Of a stretch of 64,000 bases of DNA, positions 1 through 13,587 are shown piece after piece. Position 1 is the first letter of the stretch; each line of letters opens with the position of its first letter. A program made the position numbers and the translations under genes. Source of the DNA: Veleropilina oligotropha (lineage: Eukaryota); assembly GCA_048128005.1 (NCBI GenBank), contig JBEUKZ010000070.1, positions 310,001 through 374,000 on the forward strand, in the 5' to 3' direction. The notes under the pieces are model-generated. The model saw nothing but the letters and a program-made list of their open reading frames with translations. It was not told where the DNA came from and did not search any database.

Positions 1-92
1 ATGGTTTTGTGATGTATTTAGAAACGTTTTTGAGATAATCTCAATATTGTCACCGCAACTTTTCTTGAACATTCCTATCTTTAAATTCTTCT

Positions 93-178
93 TTCGGTTG
101 CTCCCTACCAGAGATCTTCTTTCGGTTGCTCCCTACCAGAGATCTTCTTCTTTCGGTTGCTCCCTACCAGAGATCTTC
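93..178. repeat. Short tandem repeat, ~28-31 bp unit (TTCGGTTGCTCCCTACCAGAGATCTTCT) x3
   Basis: Three near-identical units read directly. Confidence 0.85.
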
Positions 179-838
179 ACAGGGAATGTTGTCTTGTGCG
201 TCTTCTCGTTCTCGTTCCAGCTCCATCGCCGTCATGATGGCATTGCCGTTATCACACGATCTCATCTATGGCACCCCCTCTCATCTTGTGTCTGATAGTT
301 TTAACTCCATCATTTTCCTTCCAACATATTCCTCGTCCCTCCTCTCCCCATGACTTAACCATCCCAATCTAGCCTCGCGCAACTCGGACAACAATGGTAC
401 TTTTCGCCTTTTTGTTACCAATCATGTCATATTTTGTTACCATCAATGACCAGCGTAGCATGCTCATCACAACAGCTGTTCATTTTATTTTAAATATTTT
501 TTAAAGAATCTTTTTGAAGGTTTCTTTTCCATATTGTACTTCGGATCCTTGTTAGTTTAATAATCATTTTGTACACTTTGCCCTTCACTTTCACAGGTAC
601 TCGCTTGTTGCATAATATGCCACAAAATTTTGTCAAATTGTTTCATCCAGCCTATTTCATCATTTTCATCCAGCTAGTATCATCATTTTCATTTCCCTGC
701 CACTCCTACAATCAGGTTTTAACATCGAACCAACACTCGTCATCAATGATTGTAATCGGTGGTAACCAAGCCTTCTCGTTCGTGGACTATGTCTTGTATC
801 AACTAAATGTCAAACCCCATCCCTCACCTTCATACCAG

Positions 839-1264
839 GGCATGCCCATATTATCGCGGGAGAGACGGCATGCCCATATTATCGCGGGAGAGACGGCATG
901 CCCATATTATCGCGGGAGAGACGGCATGCCCATATTATCGCGGGAGAAACGGCATGCCAATATTATCGCGGGAGAAACGGCATGCCCATATTATCGCGGG
1001 AGAGACGGCATGCCCACATTATCGCGGGAGAGACGGCATACCCATATTATCGCGGGAGAGACGGCATGCCCATATTATCGCGGGAGAGACGGCATGCCCA
1101 TATTATCGCGGGAGAGACGGCATGCCCATATTATCGCGGGAGAGACGGCATGCCCATATTATCGCGGGAGAGACGGCATGCCCATATTATCGCGGGAGAG
1201 ACGGCATGCCCATATTATCGCGGGAGAGACGGCATGCCCATATTATCGCGGGAGAGACGGCATG
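839..1264. repeat. 28-bp minisatellite (CATGCCCATATTATCGCGGGAGAGACGG) x15
   Basis: Exact 28-bp period (CATG at 841, 869 ... 1261), few substitutions, no spacers; explains the repetitive ORFs in all three + frames. Confidence 0.97.
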
Positions 1265-3357
1265 GCATCTGTAAAAGCGCATCATCACCGTAGAGTTATG
1301 GAAATCTGTGACGGTAACGGAACTGATAATCACACGTCCACCTTGGCCACGTCACTGGTAATCAGACATCTATCTTGTCACTGGCAATACCACATATTGC
1401 ACAATCAGACACTAGATACAGTACAATGACTTATCCCTGTTTAGACCTCGAGTGTCGACTCTGAAATCACTACCTCGATTGCGCTAACTAAAGAGAGTGG
1501 GTTCGAATCTCGGTTGGGGTAATGGCATTATTTGTTCAGTTATCAATCACAGATGGTCGTAACTTTGGAGGCAGCCGTCTACGTTACAAGATGGCCACCC
1601 CCCTCAGAGGATACATCCAACACAAATTTCACATAAAATCTTAAATACATTGCTTATTGTTTAGTAGATACGGAACGGTGCTCTACATGCCACCACTTGT
1701 ACAAGCATGCTGGACCCATATGGGTGATAGAGCAGAATTTATTACAGCAATAAACAACAGTTAATTAAGACATACCTCTGCAGTCATGGCAGAGTGAAGT
1801 TTTATTGGACTCAATTTTAAATCTTGATTACGCGTGATCCATTTTATCCTGATATAGCCTACTTATTGCGGTATTATGTGCAGTGCATGGATTGAACAAA
1901 ATAGGTCGGCATCATTACCCAGTGTCCTCTTAAAATGATTCGAGACAAAACAAATTTGCGACGTGTCATCAATATTATAAATACAGTACTGAAATAGTAC
2001 ACGGAGGAGAGTTGCAATGCAATCGCAATTGAAACATATTAACATTATGACATCAACTTTTATCTGTAGTAATTATATTTCTTTGTAACGGAAATAGAGA
2101 ACATAAAAATAATCACAAGCAGCATTAATAATGATACGATTGTTTTAAGATAATATCAAGGGGCCTAGATTTTAATGGCACAAATAAAATGTATCATATA
2201 TTTCTTAAAATAATATCAGAAAATTAAAGAATTGTCGAAATATGTATACAGATGACGGTTTTACATATACAGTATCTTAAATTATTATTAAATTAATTGA
2301 ATAAATATATTTTTGTATGTATAATTACCACAAAATTGCCAACATTGGGTTGAGGGTGTTGTTACATCCACATTCCTTTGAAGCAGTATAGATTACTTAT
2401 GTATAAGGTTTCTGACAATTACTTATATCTTGCTAGTAGAATGGAGTCAACAAATGTAATTGATTGATATTGTGCGACAGTATAATCGGATTATAGACTG
2501 CAAATTTACATGAATACTGTTAAAAAAAATTCGAACATAAATATATACAATAAGTATATGAACGATAAGAGTATATTGTCTTAATATCATTTACTATACA
2601 ACCATCATTGATCAGGCGTAGTTCTCCATGCAGGATTTATAGCAAGTATTCGCAGTAACATGTCTGTAAAGTTAATCGAAATCATTGAAATATACTTGAT
2701 GTCTAGAGCGACGAAGGCAGCTGCCGCAACCCGCGACGACGCGACGAGAAGTAACCGAATGGGTGCTGATAGAGGCTGCAGAAAATTTTACGTTAATAAA
2801 CCATGGGGAAGAAATGGGGTGCTTCTTTCTCTTCGCGCAATGTAACAGGCGAAAGATAAAAAACCTTGGGTTACAAATTGATTGTAAAGAAAATGCAAGA
2901 TGACATTCACGTTTTCGTACGTTTGTCAGTCGCGTTGCCCCTGGTGCCTGTTATACTTCATTAGTAATTTGCTATACGTGAAAATAAATGTATATTTTAT
3001 CTTCATTTAAATTAAATTTGTAGACTTTGTGTCATGCTAGTGTGGATCCCCAATTAAGCCTCTCTAATCCCCAACTAATCTTCTGTAATCAGACTACATA
3101 TTCAAGCTGAAGTAACATGGAATGGACAAAGATTTTAGTGATTTCAACCTGACCGTTACGTTTGTCGACTCCATGCTACTAAACCTATGTGACACTATCC
3201 GTCAGGTCACTGTTCTTCACGATGGGGTTCTTCGGCTCGAACCACGTTACTTCATGTTGTGTTTTCTAAGTCAAATATCGTCTAGTGAAAATTGTCGTAA
3301 TTAAATCGCCACATCATTTCAACATGGAATATTCATCATCGGATACATGGCATGCGT

Positions 3358-3442
3358 CTCTACATGACAACCGTCCCTACATGACATCCCTCCCTACATG
3401 ACAACCGTCCATACATGACAACCTTCCCTACATGACAACCGT
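3358..3442. repeat. 17-bp tandem repeat (CTACATGACAACCGTCC) x5
   Basis: Read directly. Confidence 0.85.
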
Positions 3443-4132
3443 AACGGATTAGATCAAGAGACAACACAAAATTACAGCAATGGTTCTCTGTAGAGATTAC
3501 TGTTAATCCGTGTAACTTTGGATCAAAAGTTAATGTCTGACGTAATCATTATTCAGGTAATGGTTATGTTTAGGTTGGTACAGTTATCAAAGATTGGATG
3601 AAATAAATCACGCTTATATCGCGATACGAACAAATTAGGTGCTTGCATTATGTATTTACACAAATAAGGAATATGCTTCGTCATTCTATTATCAAAAGCC
3701 ATTGAACTTGTCATGTCATTATTATATCGCGCAATATCATGTAAAGTGTTATAAAACTGCCGTTTAAATATATGGTGTTATGTAAGGACAACATCAATTT
3801 GGTTACATGTATTAACTGAAATTATATTGCAGTATGTTTAATTATGCCGTATGCTACCAATACGACCTGTTTGTTTTGAATTAGTTGAATTCAATAAATC
3901 GCGGCTGAGATCCACCGTAATAACAATATGAATTGTGGTAATCACTATACAACGAAGGAATTTTATTATTTTGATATATTTCTAACCATATCGTTTCTAA
4001 ATCTGGATCTAAATCATTTCAGGTCATTTTGCGCATGCGGTGCCATCTTTTCATACGGGAATATCATATCCGTTAATTTCATAAAAATGTATTGGATCGA
4101 TGCAAACATTTACAACCTTCGGGTTCAAACCA

Positions 4133-4403
4133 GGACATGTCCATATTATCGCGAAAGGAAAGCCCGGTTTCCCGCGGAAACCTGTCTGTTACGGACAATT
4201 GCCATTGATAACAGACCAAATGGCCGCCCCGGTAGTCGTGTGGTATCGAGTTCCCACTCTGAAACCACTAGCTTGATTCTGCTTACTAACAGGTGTGGGT
4301 TCGAATCTCTTTGTTCTTGGTTCAGTTGTCAATCGCAGTTGGCCGGAGCGGACGAATATCCAAGTGCGACCAGACTTTCCTCCCGCGAAAATAAGGACAT
4401 GTG
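4133..4403. mobile_element. Small MITE-like element with imperfect inverted ends related to the 28-bp minisatellite unit
   Basis: CATGTCCATATTATCGCG at ~4135 and inverted TCCCGCGAAAATAAGGACATG at 4381-4401; internal 4255-4340 resembles 1457-1552. Confidence 0.5.
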
Positions 4404-7400
4404 CTGCCTTAAAGCCGAAGTTTGTAAATGTATAGGTTATATCACGAAGTTTGGTTGTCTAATAGGAGAATCCGAATTGTTTAACTGCGCGGGCGTCTCC
4501 GATTTGACAACAAAAACTGCGTGATATAACCGACTTAAACCATTGAAAAATGTGAACAAATTTTAAATATATGATTAATAAACTAATAAATCCTTTTTTA
4601 GTGTAAGAAAGTAGTCTCCCGTGGTCCAATTTGTTAATATGTTTAGTTAAACCACGGGACAAGACAATACAATGACGTCACAACAATGGTTTACAGGATA
4701 TTGAGCATCGATTCAAATCCGATAACAGAACAAAGATTTCCCCAACCGAGATTCAACCGCTCTCCTGTTTTTCAGAACAGAGAAGCCAGTGACGTCAGAG
4801 TCTACACTCGAGATCACACGACCAAATACCATAAAAGAATCAATTGTTATCAACGTAAAAATGTATTTATGTTTTGTAAAGATATATCTTACGGACACCA
4901 ACGGAAAAATAATCATAAATGTATGCAGAAAAGACACTGGTAGGATTGAGGGTTCGCATATATTCCATTTCATTACCCTAACCTCCGAAGAAGGCGAGGG
5001 TATTGCAATGGGCTCCGTATGTGTGTCTGTCCGAATGCCATCATATCTAAAAAATATTGACCATATTTTCTCAAAAATTCAAAATAAGTTCGGTTTTATC
5101 CTTGGCAATGTTCTCCTCGAAGATGATCCGGATAGGTACGCGGATACGGATGTTATGACGCACTTAGCTCATAATGTTCTTGACACCAGAGGACAGCGAT
5201 ACGATGAATTATCTAGCATTTACATTAAACAAGGTGGCTGCCAAAGGGGGAGGGGGCAAAAAATAATTGCCCACATTATTAAACCATGCATGTCCATTCA
5301 CATAACTCGAAAAGTATTGTACCGATTTCCTTGAAATTTATACACAAGATATGTTGTATACATGGTTCGGTCCTCCTCGAAGATGTTTTCGGCTGTAGCG
5401 GTAAAACGCTTAGTCGGACAAACTTCAAATAAGGGTTAAAATATTTTTTAGATCAGGGGCCAATGACAACATGAAATAATAAGAATCTACACCACACAAG
5501 ATGACCGCCAGTGGAATTAAATTTAAAAATAGGTTGTCAATTTTTAATTTCGGCAAATCTAATTAAATTGTGTAAATTCGTTACGCAAATCGTAGTCCTG
5601 ATGAAATTATCTTGATATCAGCAAAAATATTTCGAAAATAATGTGAAATGAGAATTTTATAAGCATTTTAGAAATCAACCAAACCAAAATTCAGCTAAGG
5701 GCCGTAAATTCGTTACCATTGACTGGTAGCAGAGTGGGACATTATCTACAACTCTTATCGATATACTTTGTGGGCTAGAGAGAATTTGTAGCAACAATGT
5801 TTGGTCTGAAGTTAAAATCGTCGAGACGTTGCGATATATTTGTGATAGCTCTTTAAATACTGATAACTCCGTGATATACTTTACGCCATCAAGCAAGGTT
5901 ACTTTAATCTCCTTTCCTAATATTTCAGGTTTATCGCTTTAGTAACTATTGAGTTATTGCGAGATAAGTGTTGTCAACTGCGGTAAATTGTTTATATTAT
6001 GAAGTTCAATCGTTTCAATCATTGTAAGCTATATGCATTAGAATAGTTGATGAAAGTAGCTACTTCAGCATAGGATTTCACATTGACATTTCTGCGTCAG
6101 AAGTGGTCAGATTTGATTTGGCTAGTTAATTGTTCCAACTGTGTGTGGTGTTGAGAGGTTAGTTCTCGGCACTCGCGATTGTGTTTCATGATGGTGACAG
6201 ACGGTGTTGACACAACTGGAGGTACATTATGTAGTTCACTAAGGATGCGTGCTAATTTATTTTTGGTAATAAAAATATCCCTATACCCCACCTGCCATTT
6301 ATAGAGAGTCTACCGGGTGACCATCTGATTTCGAGTGGCGACTCTGAAGTCACAGATACCAATCGCAGTTGTACCTAACTGGTTGGAGAGGGCGGCGAGG
6401 GTTTGAAATCTCGTGATTGTCTTGTTTTTTAAAATTTCATCATGGTTTTCGTCCCCGCAGTGCTTCTTTGAAAAGTGACGCGTTCGCGACAATATTGTTG
6501 TACCCTAAGGGCCAATAATTAGGCAGGTGGCCTAATTGTTAATTAATAGAGAGTTTTCGCAAATGTCCCGTGAACGTGTACCTGTAACGTGAAAGGGGTC
6601 CATTCGCTGAGTATCCATTGACAACCAATTACACTTACAGGTTCACGTTTTACTCGTTTTGGGGTTTCGCAGATCGACTTGAGGTGTATTTATATCGGCT
6701 TCAAAAAGCAACGCACGGTCATCTATGAATTTAAATATGTCCATGTACCCTATCATATTATTAACGTTATTATAAGGTATAACATTATTTAATTATTTGG
6801 CAGTATAGAAATATTTGATCTTTATTTTGTATATATATCAGTAGATCAGTGATTTCACGATAGCTTGTTTCACGTTTCTCGTAATCACAAGTCTTGAAAT
6901 CCATTTTCGCAAAGTGATCGTGAACGTGTGCCTCGAATGTATGGGTAATATTCAAATATCATCATGGTGTAATCATTATTTGCTATATGAACCCATTGAC
7001 CAGAAATAGATCCGTGTAATTTGACGTTCACGGGAAAAGAGCAACCTGTAATTCGATGTATTCACGTAGGCTACTTCCAAAACATGTAACATATCGGTAT
7101 TAGTAAAATGTATACACACGCACTCGCGCATACACACAAGTGCGTGCATACATAAGTTTGTGCGTATCTTCAGCTCTGTGTTAATTTTATAGCAAGTTTT
7201 AGAGTGGTTTATTGTAAAGTTTCGAATTTGGCATAGTACCTCCGAGAGTCGCAATTTTTTTTAAAAGTTTGTTGTTGAAATTTTTTCATATAAATGATTA
7301 AATGATATACATGTACAATAATATACTTATATTAATCTGCTTAATCACAGCAATATAACAGTGTGAAAATTATAAAATATATGAGATTGTTCTCTCGTCT

Positions 7401-7484
7401 CTGGATTTGGTGACCATGTAGATGTGTATCGACCCATATAATTGTTTGAAATTGCATGATTATTTGTTGTTTCGCTACACATTC

Positions 7485-8462
7485 AGGCCCGATTTCTTGT
7501 CGAAGGTTCAACAGCCAATCGCAGTTGAACAGTACTTTAAGTAGGGTTCAAATGCAATTTGCGTTTCTTGTTGCTGACTTAAAGTTGATCAACGGTTCAA
7601 TTCGAGCAAATGTTAAACCGCCATTATCGACGATTTAAGAACTTAAACCACGGATCAGTGGCTCTGATATCGAGATTTTGGAGCTGTTTCAATAATAAAT
7701 CCGCGTTGTACGTAACAATAAGCTATTTTTACAGACATACTGTTTTTTATTGTGTTCTTTCGGTTACTCAGGCATATAATAACAACATCACTCCAAATAA
7801 AATCTGAAAATAAATAAAATCAAATGCAGAAACGAAATGAAAAATAAAAACAACTATCGATTTCAGTTTTCTTATTTGTATCACACGATAAACTACTTGC
7901 ATCATAGGTTATTAAATAAAAAAATTCATTTGCATTCCAAAAAGTTGTGTTCTAATGAACGCAGCATGTCAATTAACGAAATTCTATTTTAACACTTTAT
8001 TATATATCTGAATTTATGGTAACATTTCTTACTCACTGATTGCTCTGATCATAAAGATTGGTTTCAAATCACGGTTTTATCATATTTGTAATTTTTCATT
8101 CGTGATTGTGTATAACTGAATAATATCTAAAATATTAATATAAATACAAAGTTAGCAATTTTCATCTGATACAAAATCAGATCGTCATATTCATTGTCCA
8201 TGCAGAGGTTCATACTTAAGTTATGCTGAATGATGACTTAAACGGCCATGTCCCCACTACTCAGCCTATGTGACAAGACTGTGAAAAGACTTATTTATGG
8301 GGAGGTACTCGGAACAGCAGTGGTTTTACTGAGCGCCGTAATGCTTTTGAACGAGAAATCGGTTTAAATATGATCGGCGATTTAGCTAAATCCATGGTTC
8401 AACTAATCCTGAACCACGGTTTAAATCACTCAATATTAAACCCCCGACAAGAAATCGGGCCT
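7485..8462. mobile_element. Non-autonomous DNA transposon with 18-bp TIRs (possibly PIF/Harbinger-like)
   Basis: AGGCCCGATTTCTTGTCG at 7485 and its reverse complement ending at 8462; no clear TSD. Confidence 0.6.
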
Positions 8463-9240
8463 AGATGTTTGGTTTCTAAATAATGGCACGTAGTCTTTTG
8501 AAAGTGAAGAAGTGAAATATTTCCTAATTATTTAAAGACTTTGATACGCGCTTAGCTATACCGGTACAATACTTATGTATATTTAATATATTAATGAACA
8601 ACACTATTGTGTATTGTTTCATGTATCCACATAACTACATTCCTTCACTGCATTTTATATTGTTTTCATTTTCCGAGGTTAAACTCCCCATCTCGAGAAA
8701 ATACCTTTCCAGCCTCGTTCTCGACCTGATTCTACACGTTGCCTTCACTTGTGTTAAGAATGAATTGCATTGTTATGTCATTGGTACTGTGGCTGATTTG
8801 TGCCATCTCGTATTCTCGTACTCTCGTATTCTCGCCCCGCTAATTAGCGACTTTAAATCTCGTAGTCTCGTACTCTCGGCCCGAGAACACGCTATTTAGC
8901 AAAACTCTCGCCCCGAGAGTACGAGAATTAAAGTCGCTAATTAGCGGCCTTAATTCTCGTACTCTCGTACTCTCGCCCCGCTAATTAGCGACTTTAATTC
9001 TCGTATTCTCGTACTCTCGGCCCGAGAACGCGCTAATTAGCGACTTTAATTCTCGTATTCTCGTACTCTCGGCCCGAGAACGCGCTAATTAGCGACTTTA
9101 ATTCTCGTACTCTCGTACTCTCGCGGACGAGTGAAATCAACAACACGGTGCTCTCGACAAATCACGATCAAAATCCATATAAATCCGTATTAGTCAAAAA
9201 TAAGTATCTCCACAGCTTTACAAGAAACCAGTGAACAACC

Positions 9241-10152
9241 ATGCCGACTCCTGGGGAGAAAAACAGAGGACAAAAAGCCGAAAAAAAGAGAAAGGCCTCG
9301 ACATCGCCGGCCAACTCGCCAGATTTTACAGCGTCCATGACAACCAACTTGACAACAGTTCATTCTGAACAGGAATCGAACGAAAACACGCAAGCTGAGG
9401 TGAGTTGCCCACCATGGGCTCAAACGCTTGTCACACAAGTCAGCGAAATGAATAAAAAACTCCAACATATAGATATATCGCTACGTAATATGAGCCGAAA
9501 AGTTGATAATATAGAGAGCAAGCTTAACGTGACGATAATCGAAGTTGATAAAATCGCTAAAGAAATCAGGAGCGTACATGCACAGATAACCAGTATCGAA
9601 ACGAGCCTACAATTCCAGAGCGATACGATCGACGAAATAAAGGTAATTAGTTCAATGCACACAGAACAAATCGAGTCACTGAACGAGAGCGTGTGTCAGG
9701 CCCGTGTCGCTAATGAATCTCTCCATGAAGAAATACTGGACCTAAAAACGCGATCCATGAGAGATAATTTAGTTTTTTACAACATCCCTGAAGAACAAAA
9801 CGAAAATCCAGAGGAGGTAGTCCGCCGGTTTTGCGCCACGAGATTGGATATGGGCGAATCTATACGTAACATAAAGATCGACAGGGCACATCGAATGGGA
9901 CGTAAAACGAACGATAAACATAGGCCTATGGTGGCAAAGTTTAATTATTTCAAAGATAAAGAAGAAATAAGGCACAGGGCCATCAAACTACGAGGATCAC
10001 CTTTTGCTATATCAGAACAGTTCCCGAACGAAATACGAGAACGCAGGCGTGAACTGATACCTATATTAAAGCGGGCCAAAGAACAAGGGAAAAGGGCATC
10101 ATTGGTCGTCGATAAATTATATATAGACGGCCGTCAGTATCGAAAAGATTAG
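9241..10152 (+). CDS. LINE ORF1p (coiled coil + RRM/CTD, L1-type)
   Basis: 303 aa; heptad region then RSMRDNLVFYNIPE, IDRAHRMG, RPMVAKF, LVVDKLYIDG. Confidence 0.9.
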   Translation: MPTPGEKNRGQKAEKKRKASTSPANSPDFTASMTTNLTTVHSEQESNENTQAEVSCPPWAQTLVTQVSEMNKKLQHIDISLRNMSRKVDNIESKLNVTIIEVDKIAKEIRSVHAQITSIETSLQFQSDTIDEIKVISSMHTEQIESLNESVCQARVANESLHEEILDLKTRSMRDNLVFYNIPEEQNENPEEVVRRFCATRLDMGESIRNIKIDRAHRMGRKTNDKHRPMVAKFNYFKDKEEIRHRAIKLRGSPFAISEQFPNEIRERRRELIPILKRAKEQGKRASLVVDKLYIDGRQYRKD

Positions 10153-13100
10153 GGATACGCGGCGGACCCACTCCACGTAAGTTCATGGAATATCAATGGA
10201 CTAAAGAGTAAGCTAAACGATCCTGATTTTGTTAATTGCATTATAAAATATGATATAATATTGTTTACCGAAACGTGGTTATCTCATACTGATTCTTGTA
10301 ATATTGATGACTATGAATGTATACATGTTAATAGACCGAGGGCTAGAAATGATAGAAAACGGGGACGAAATAGTGGTGGTATCTCTGTATATTTTAAGTC
10401 CGTATTTAAAGAGGGAATTACGATTGCGAAACGAGACACTGCCGGCATACTTTGGGTTAAACTAAAAAAGTCATTCTTTCATGTGAGCGACGACATATTT
10501 TTATCACTTGTATATATACCCCCCATAAGCTCTAGTTTCTTTAATGAAATAGATAAGGAATACTTTTTTAATGTCTTAGAATATGATATCAATTTATATA
10601 GTCAGAGTGGTGTTGTAATTTGTTGTGGTGATTTTAATTCACGCACTGGGATAGACAACGATTTTATTAGAAACCCAAATCAAGATCATATTCTCGATAA
10701 CCTTGAGTTTTCCTCAGAAAATAATGCCTTTTCACTACCAAAAAGATCAAGCGAGGACAAAGTTGTCAATAATTTTGGACGTCGCTTGTTGCTATTATGT
10801 GCTAAAACTGACAAATTAATCGCGAACGGTCGACTTGGCTCAGACAATGACATCGGTGCATTCACTTGCTTCACACCTTCTGGCTCTAGTGTGGTTGATT
10901 ACCTGCTATTATCACATGAGCACTTTCAGCTTCTGCACACCTTTAATATTGGAGATTCTACCGAGTTTTCTGACCACGTGCCTGTTGAATTTTCTATCAA
11001 AACCCACTGTGATACAAATCCAAATATAACCCAATCAGAAAGAACTGCATCTTGTATACAGTGGGATATCGATAAGATTCATCAATATAATAACGAAATT
11101 TCCAAACTTACTCTTGCTTTCCAGAACAACCTCGATAATAACACAAATAGCGTCGATATTGATGAGGTAGTGACAGCCCTGTCGAAATCCATATATGATA
11201 TTTCATTCCAATTTTTCGGCCAAACTAAAATTATCCGTAATAACTCTAGACATTATAATAACCAGTGGTTCAATCAAGATTGCAAAACCCGAAAGAGAAA
11301 GTTTCACAAAGAACGGAATGCTTACAAACGCTGTCGTAATAATGAAAATAGAATTAATTTCTTGAACGCAAGAAATGAGTATGTTAAGGCAAAGAAATCT
11401 GCTGTATATAATTATAAAAATAAGAAGGGAAGAGAACTCGGTAAAATTGCAAAGTGCGAACCCCGTAAATTCTGGAAAACTGTAAAAAAACACAAATATA
11501 AATCCAAAAACACCCAAGTTCCAAATAATAACGAATTTATTCAACATTATAAAGACCTGTTTGGGACACTACCGCAAAAAATACCACAAGAAACCAATCG
11601 AATGATCAGTGAGGCTAGTGCTGACCTTGAAGAACTGCCCAGGTCAATTGACTGTCTTGATGACGAAATAACATCTATCGAAATCAATCAAGCAATAAAG
11701 AAACTTAAAAGGCACAAAGGTTCCGGCGTAGATCAACTAATATCCGAAATGTTCATTGATTCTATAGATTATCTCTTGCCACTTTTATGCAAATTATTCA
11801 ATATCATTTACGATAGAAACATGTTTCCAAAAGCGTGGTCCACTGGAATCCTTGTGCCAATCCCTAAAAAGGGGGATCTTTCTGACCCCAATAATTATCG
11901 AGCAATATGTATTTCTAGCGTTTTCGGGAAAATATTTTCTTCTATTTTAAACAACAGATTATTGAAATGGGCAGAGTTAAATAATAAATTAAATCCTAAT
12001 CAATTCGGTTTTAGACCCGATCGCAGTACCACTGACTGCATCTTCATCTTACACAATCTAATCACAAACACTATTAACAGAAAGAAAACTTTATATTGCG
12101 CTTTTATAGACTTCCAGAAAGCCTTTGATAAGGTTAACAGAGATGTTTTATATTTTAAACTTTGGAATGGAGGCGTAAGCACCAAATTTATTAAAATGGT
12201 TAAGAGTATGTATTATCATGTTGATATAAGTGTAAAACATGATTTTGTGGTGTCGGATCCATTCCAAAGTTTTCAAGGTGTGAAGCAAGGTGAGCCCATG
12301 TCTCCACTACTTTTTCTATTTTTCATCAATGATTTTATGTCTAACTACTTACCAAGAAATAACAATGACTTGATAGATATTGAAAACCTAACTATATTTT
12401 ACTTGCTTTTTGCCGATGATTCAGTGCTATTCGCAACATCCGAAGATGAATTACAACACCAACTAGATCAATTAGAACACTACTGTAACAAATGGAATAT
12501 TACCGTAAACATCAACAAAACAAAAACTGTATTGTTTACTAAGAAAAGACGACTGTGTAATTATGTTTTTAAATATAATAACAGCACAATTGAACAGGTT
12601 GAATCCTTCACATATTTGGGTGTATTACTGCACAAAAGTGGCAACCTCCAATACACCCAAAAGAGACAAGCACAACAGGGGGAAATAGCCCTAAGTGCAC
12701 TAAATCAAATGTTCAAACAGTACAACTTTCCAATCCATACACAGTTAAGCATGTTCGACACACTGCTATGCCCAGTTTTAAATTACGCAGCGGAAGTATG
12801 GGGCTTCAATAAAGGTGTCGAAGTTGAAAAGATACATATGAAATTCTGTCGTAAAGTGTTACAGATTAGTCAACGAGCGACAAATTTCTTTTCATATGGC
12901 GAACTCGAAAGAGTTCCCATGTCGATCTTGCGAAAAGAAAAAATACTAAAATACTGGGTAAAATTAATTAACAATAGAACTACTTTATTGTACAAAATAT
13001 ATAGTCATACAAGGCAACAGAGTGAATTAAACAATGTTGTTAATTGGGCATCTTGTGTACGGGACGTTTTGTACGAGCTTGGTTTTAACATATATTGGCT

Positions 13101-13587
13101 TGAACAAGATACAATTCACATTCCTCTAGACTTAATTCTGCAGCGACTGCATGACCAGTTTAAACAATGTTGGCATGACTCTATTCAAAACACATCTAAG
13201 CTAAAGCATTATGTTACCTTCAAATTATCAATAGACTTCGAAAAGTACCTATCATTGCAAAATACTACAAGCAGAAAATTAATTTCAGAAATCAGAAGTG
13301 GGACACTTAAAATAGCAGTGGAAGAGGGTAGATTTAATGGAATTGAAAGACAAAATAGGTTGTGTCAGCATTGTACATTACGTGTCGTCGAAGACGAATA
13401 TCATTTCGTTCTCGCTTGCCCCAAGTATAGAGACATACGCATTAAATATCTCCCTAAATACTACACAAGATGGCCAAATCAGCAAAAATTCACGAACTTA
13501 ATGAAATCCAATATAAAAACACTGTCTAATCTCGGGATTTACCTTAAACATGCTCTACTGCTACGAAATAAACCTACAGAATTGTAA
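10153..13587 (+). CDS. LINE ORF2p: APE endonuclease + reverse transcriptase + C-terminal CCHC
   Basis: SWNINGL (upstream of the listed ORF start, so the true start is uncertain), GDFNS, SDH, QFGFR, FIDFQKAFD, GVKQG, LFADD, CQHC...EDEYHFVLAC. Confidence 0.95.
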   Translation, partial: GYAADPLHVSSWNINGLKSKLNDPDFVNCIIKYDIILFTETWLSHTDSCNIDDYECIHVNRPRARNDRKRGRNSGGISVYFKSVFKEGITIAKRDTAGILWVKLKKSFFHVSDDIFLSLVYIPPISSSFFNEIDKEYFFNVLEYDINLYSQSGVVICCGDFNSRTGIDNDFIRNPNQDHILDNLEFSSENNAFSLPKRSSEDKVVNNFGRRLLLLCAKTDKLIANGRLGSDNDIGAFTCFTPSGSSVVDYLLLSHEHFQLLHTFNIGDSTEFSDHVPVEFSIKTHCDTNPNITQSERTASCIQWDIDKIHQYNNEISKLTLAFQNNLDNNTNSVDIDEVVTALSKSIYDISFQFFGQTKIIRNNSRHYNNQWFNQDCKTRKRKFHKERNAYKRCRNNENRINFLNARNEYVKAKKSAVYNYKNKKGRELGKIAKCEPRKFWKTVKKHKYKSKNTQVPNNNEFIQHYKDLFGTLPQKIPQETNRMISEASADLEELPRSIDCLDDEITSIEINQAIKKLKRHKGSGVDQLISEMFIDSIDYLLPLLCKLFNIIYDRNMFPKAWSTGILVPIPKKGDLSDPNNYRAICISSVFGKIFSSILNNRLLKWAELNNKLNPNQFGFRPDRSTTDCIFILHNLITNTINRKKTLYCAFIDFQKAFDKVNRDVLYFKLWNGGVSTKFIKMVKSMYYHVDISVKHDFVVSDPFQSFQGVKQGEPMSPLLFLFFINDFMSNYLPRNNNDLIDIENLTIFYLLFADDSVLFATSEDELQHQLDQLEHYCNKWNITVNINKTKTVLFTKKRRLCNYVFKYNNSTIEQVESFTYLGVLLHKSGNLQYTQKRQAQQGEIALSALNQMFKQYNFPIHTQLSMFDTLLCPVLNYAAEVWGFNKGVEVEKIHMKFCRKVLQISQRATNFFSYGELERVPMSILRKEKILKYWVKLINNRTTLLYKIYSHTRQQSELNNVVNWASCVRDVLYELGFNIYWLEQDTIHIPLDLILQRLHDQFKQCWHDSIQNTSKLKHYVTFKLSIDFEKYLSLQNTTSRKLISEIRSGTLKIAVEEGRFNGIERQNRLCQHCTLRVVEDEYHFVLACPKYRDIRIKYLPKYYTRWPNQQKFTNLMKSNIKTLSNLGIYLKHALLLRNKPTEL

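Noticed and set aside
839..1264. CRISPR array or repeat protein (ORFs 569-1429, 807-1274, 898-1293)
   Set aside because: Units are head-to-tail with no spacers, there are no cas genes and the context is eukaryotic; the ORFs arise from a stop-free repeat.
1495..1512. tRNA gene suggested by GGTTCGAATC (also ~4298)
   Set aside because: No cloverleaf or A-box could be built; more likely a SINE/MITE relic.
3928..5334. ORFs 3928-4524 and 4789-5334 as genes
   Set aside because: They run through repeat fragments and show no recognisable domains or splice support.
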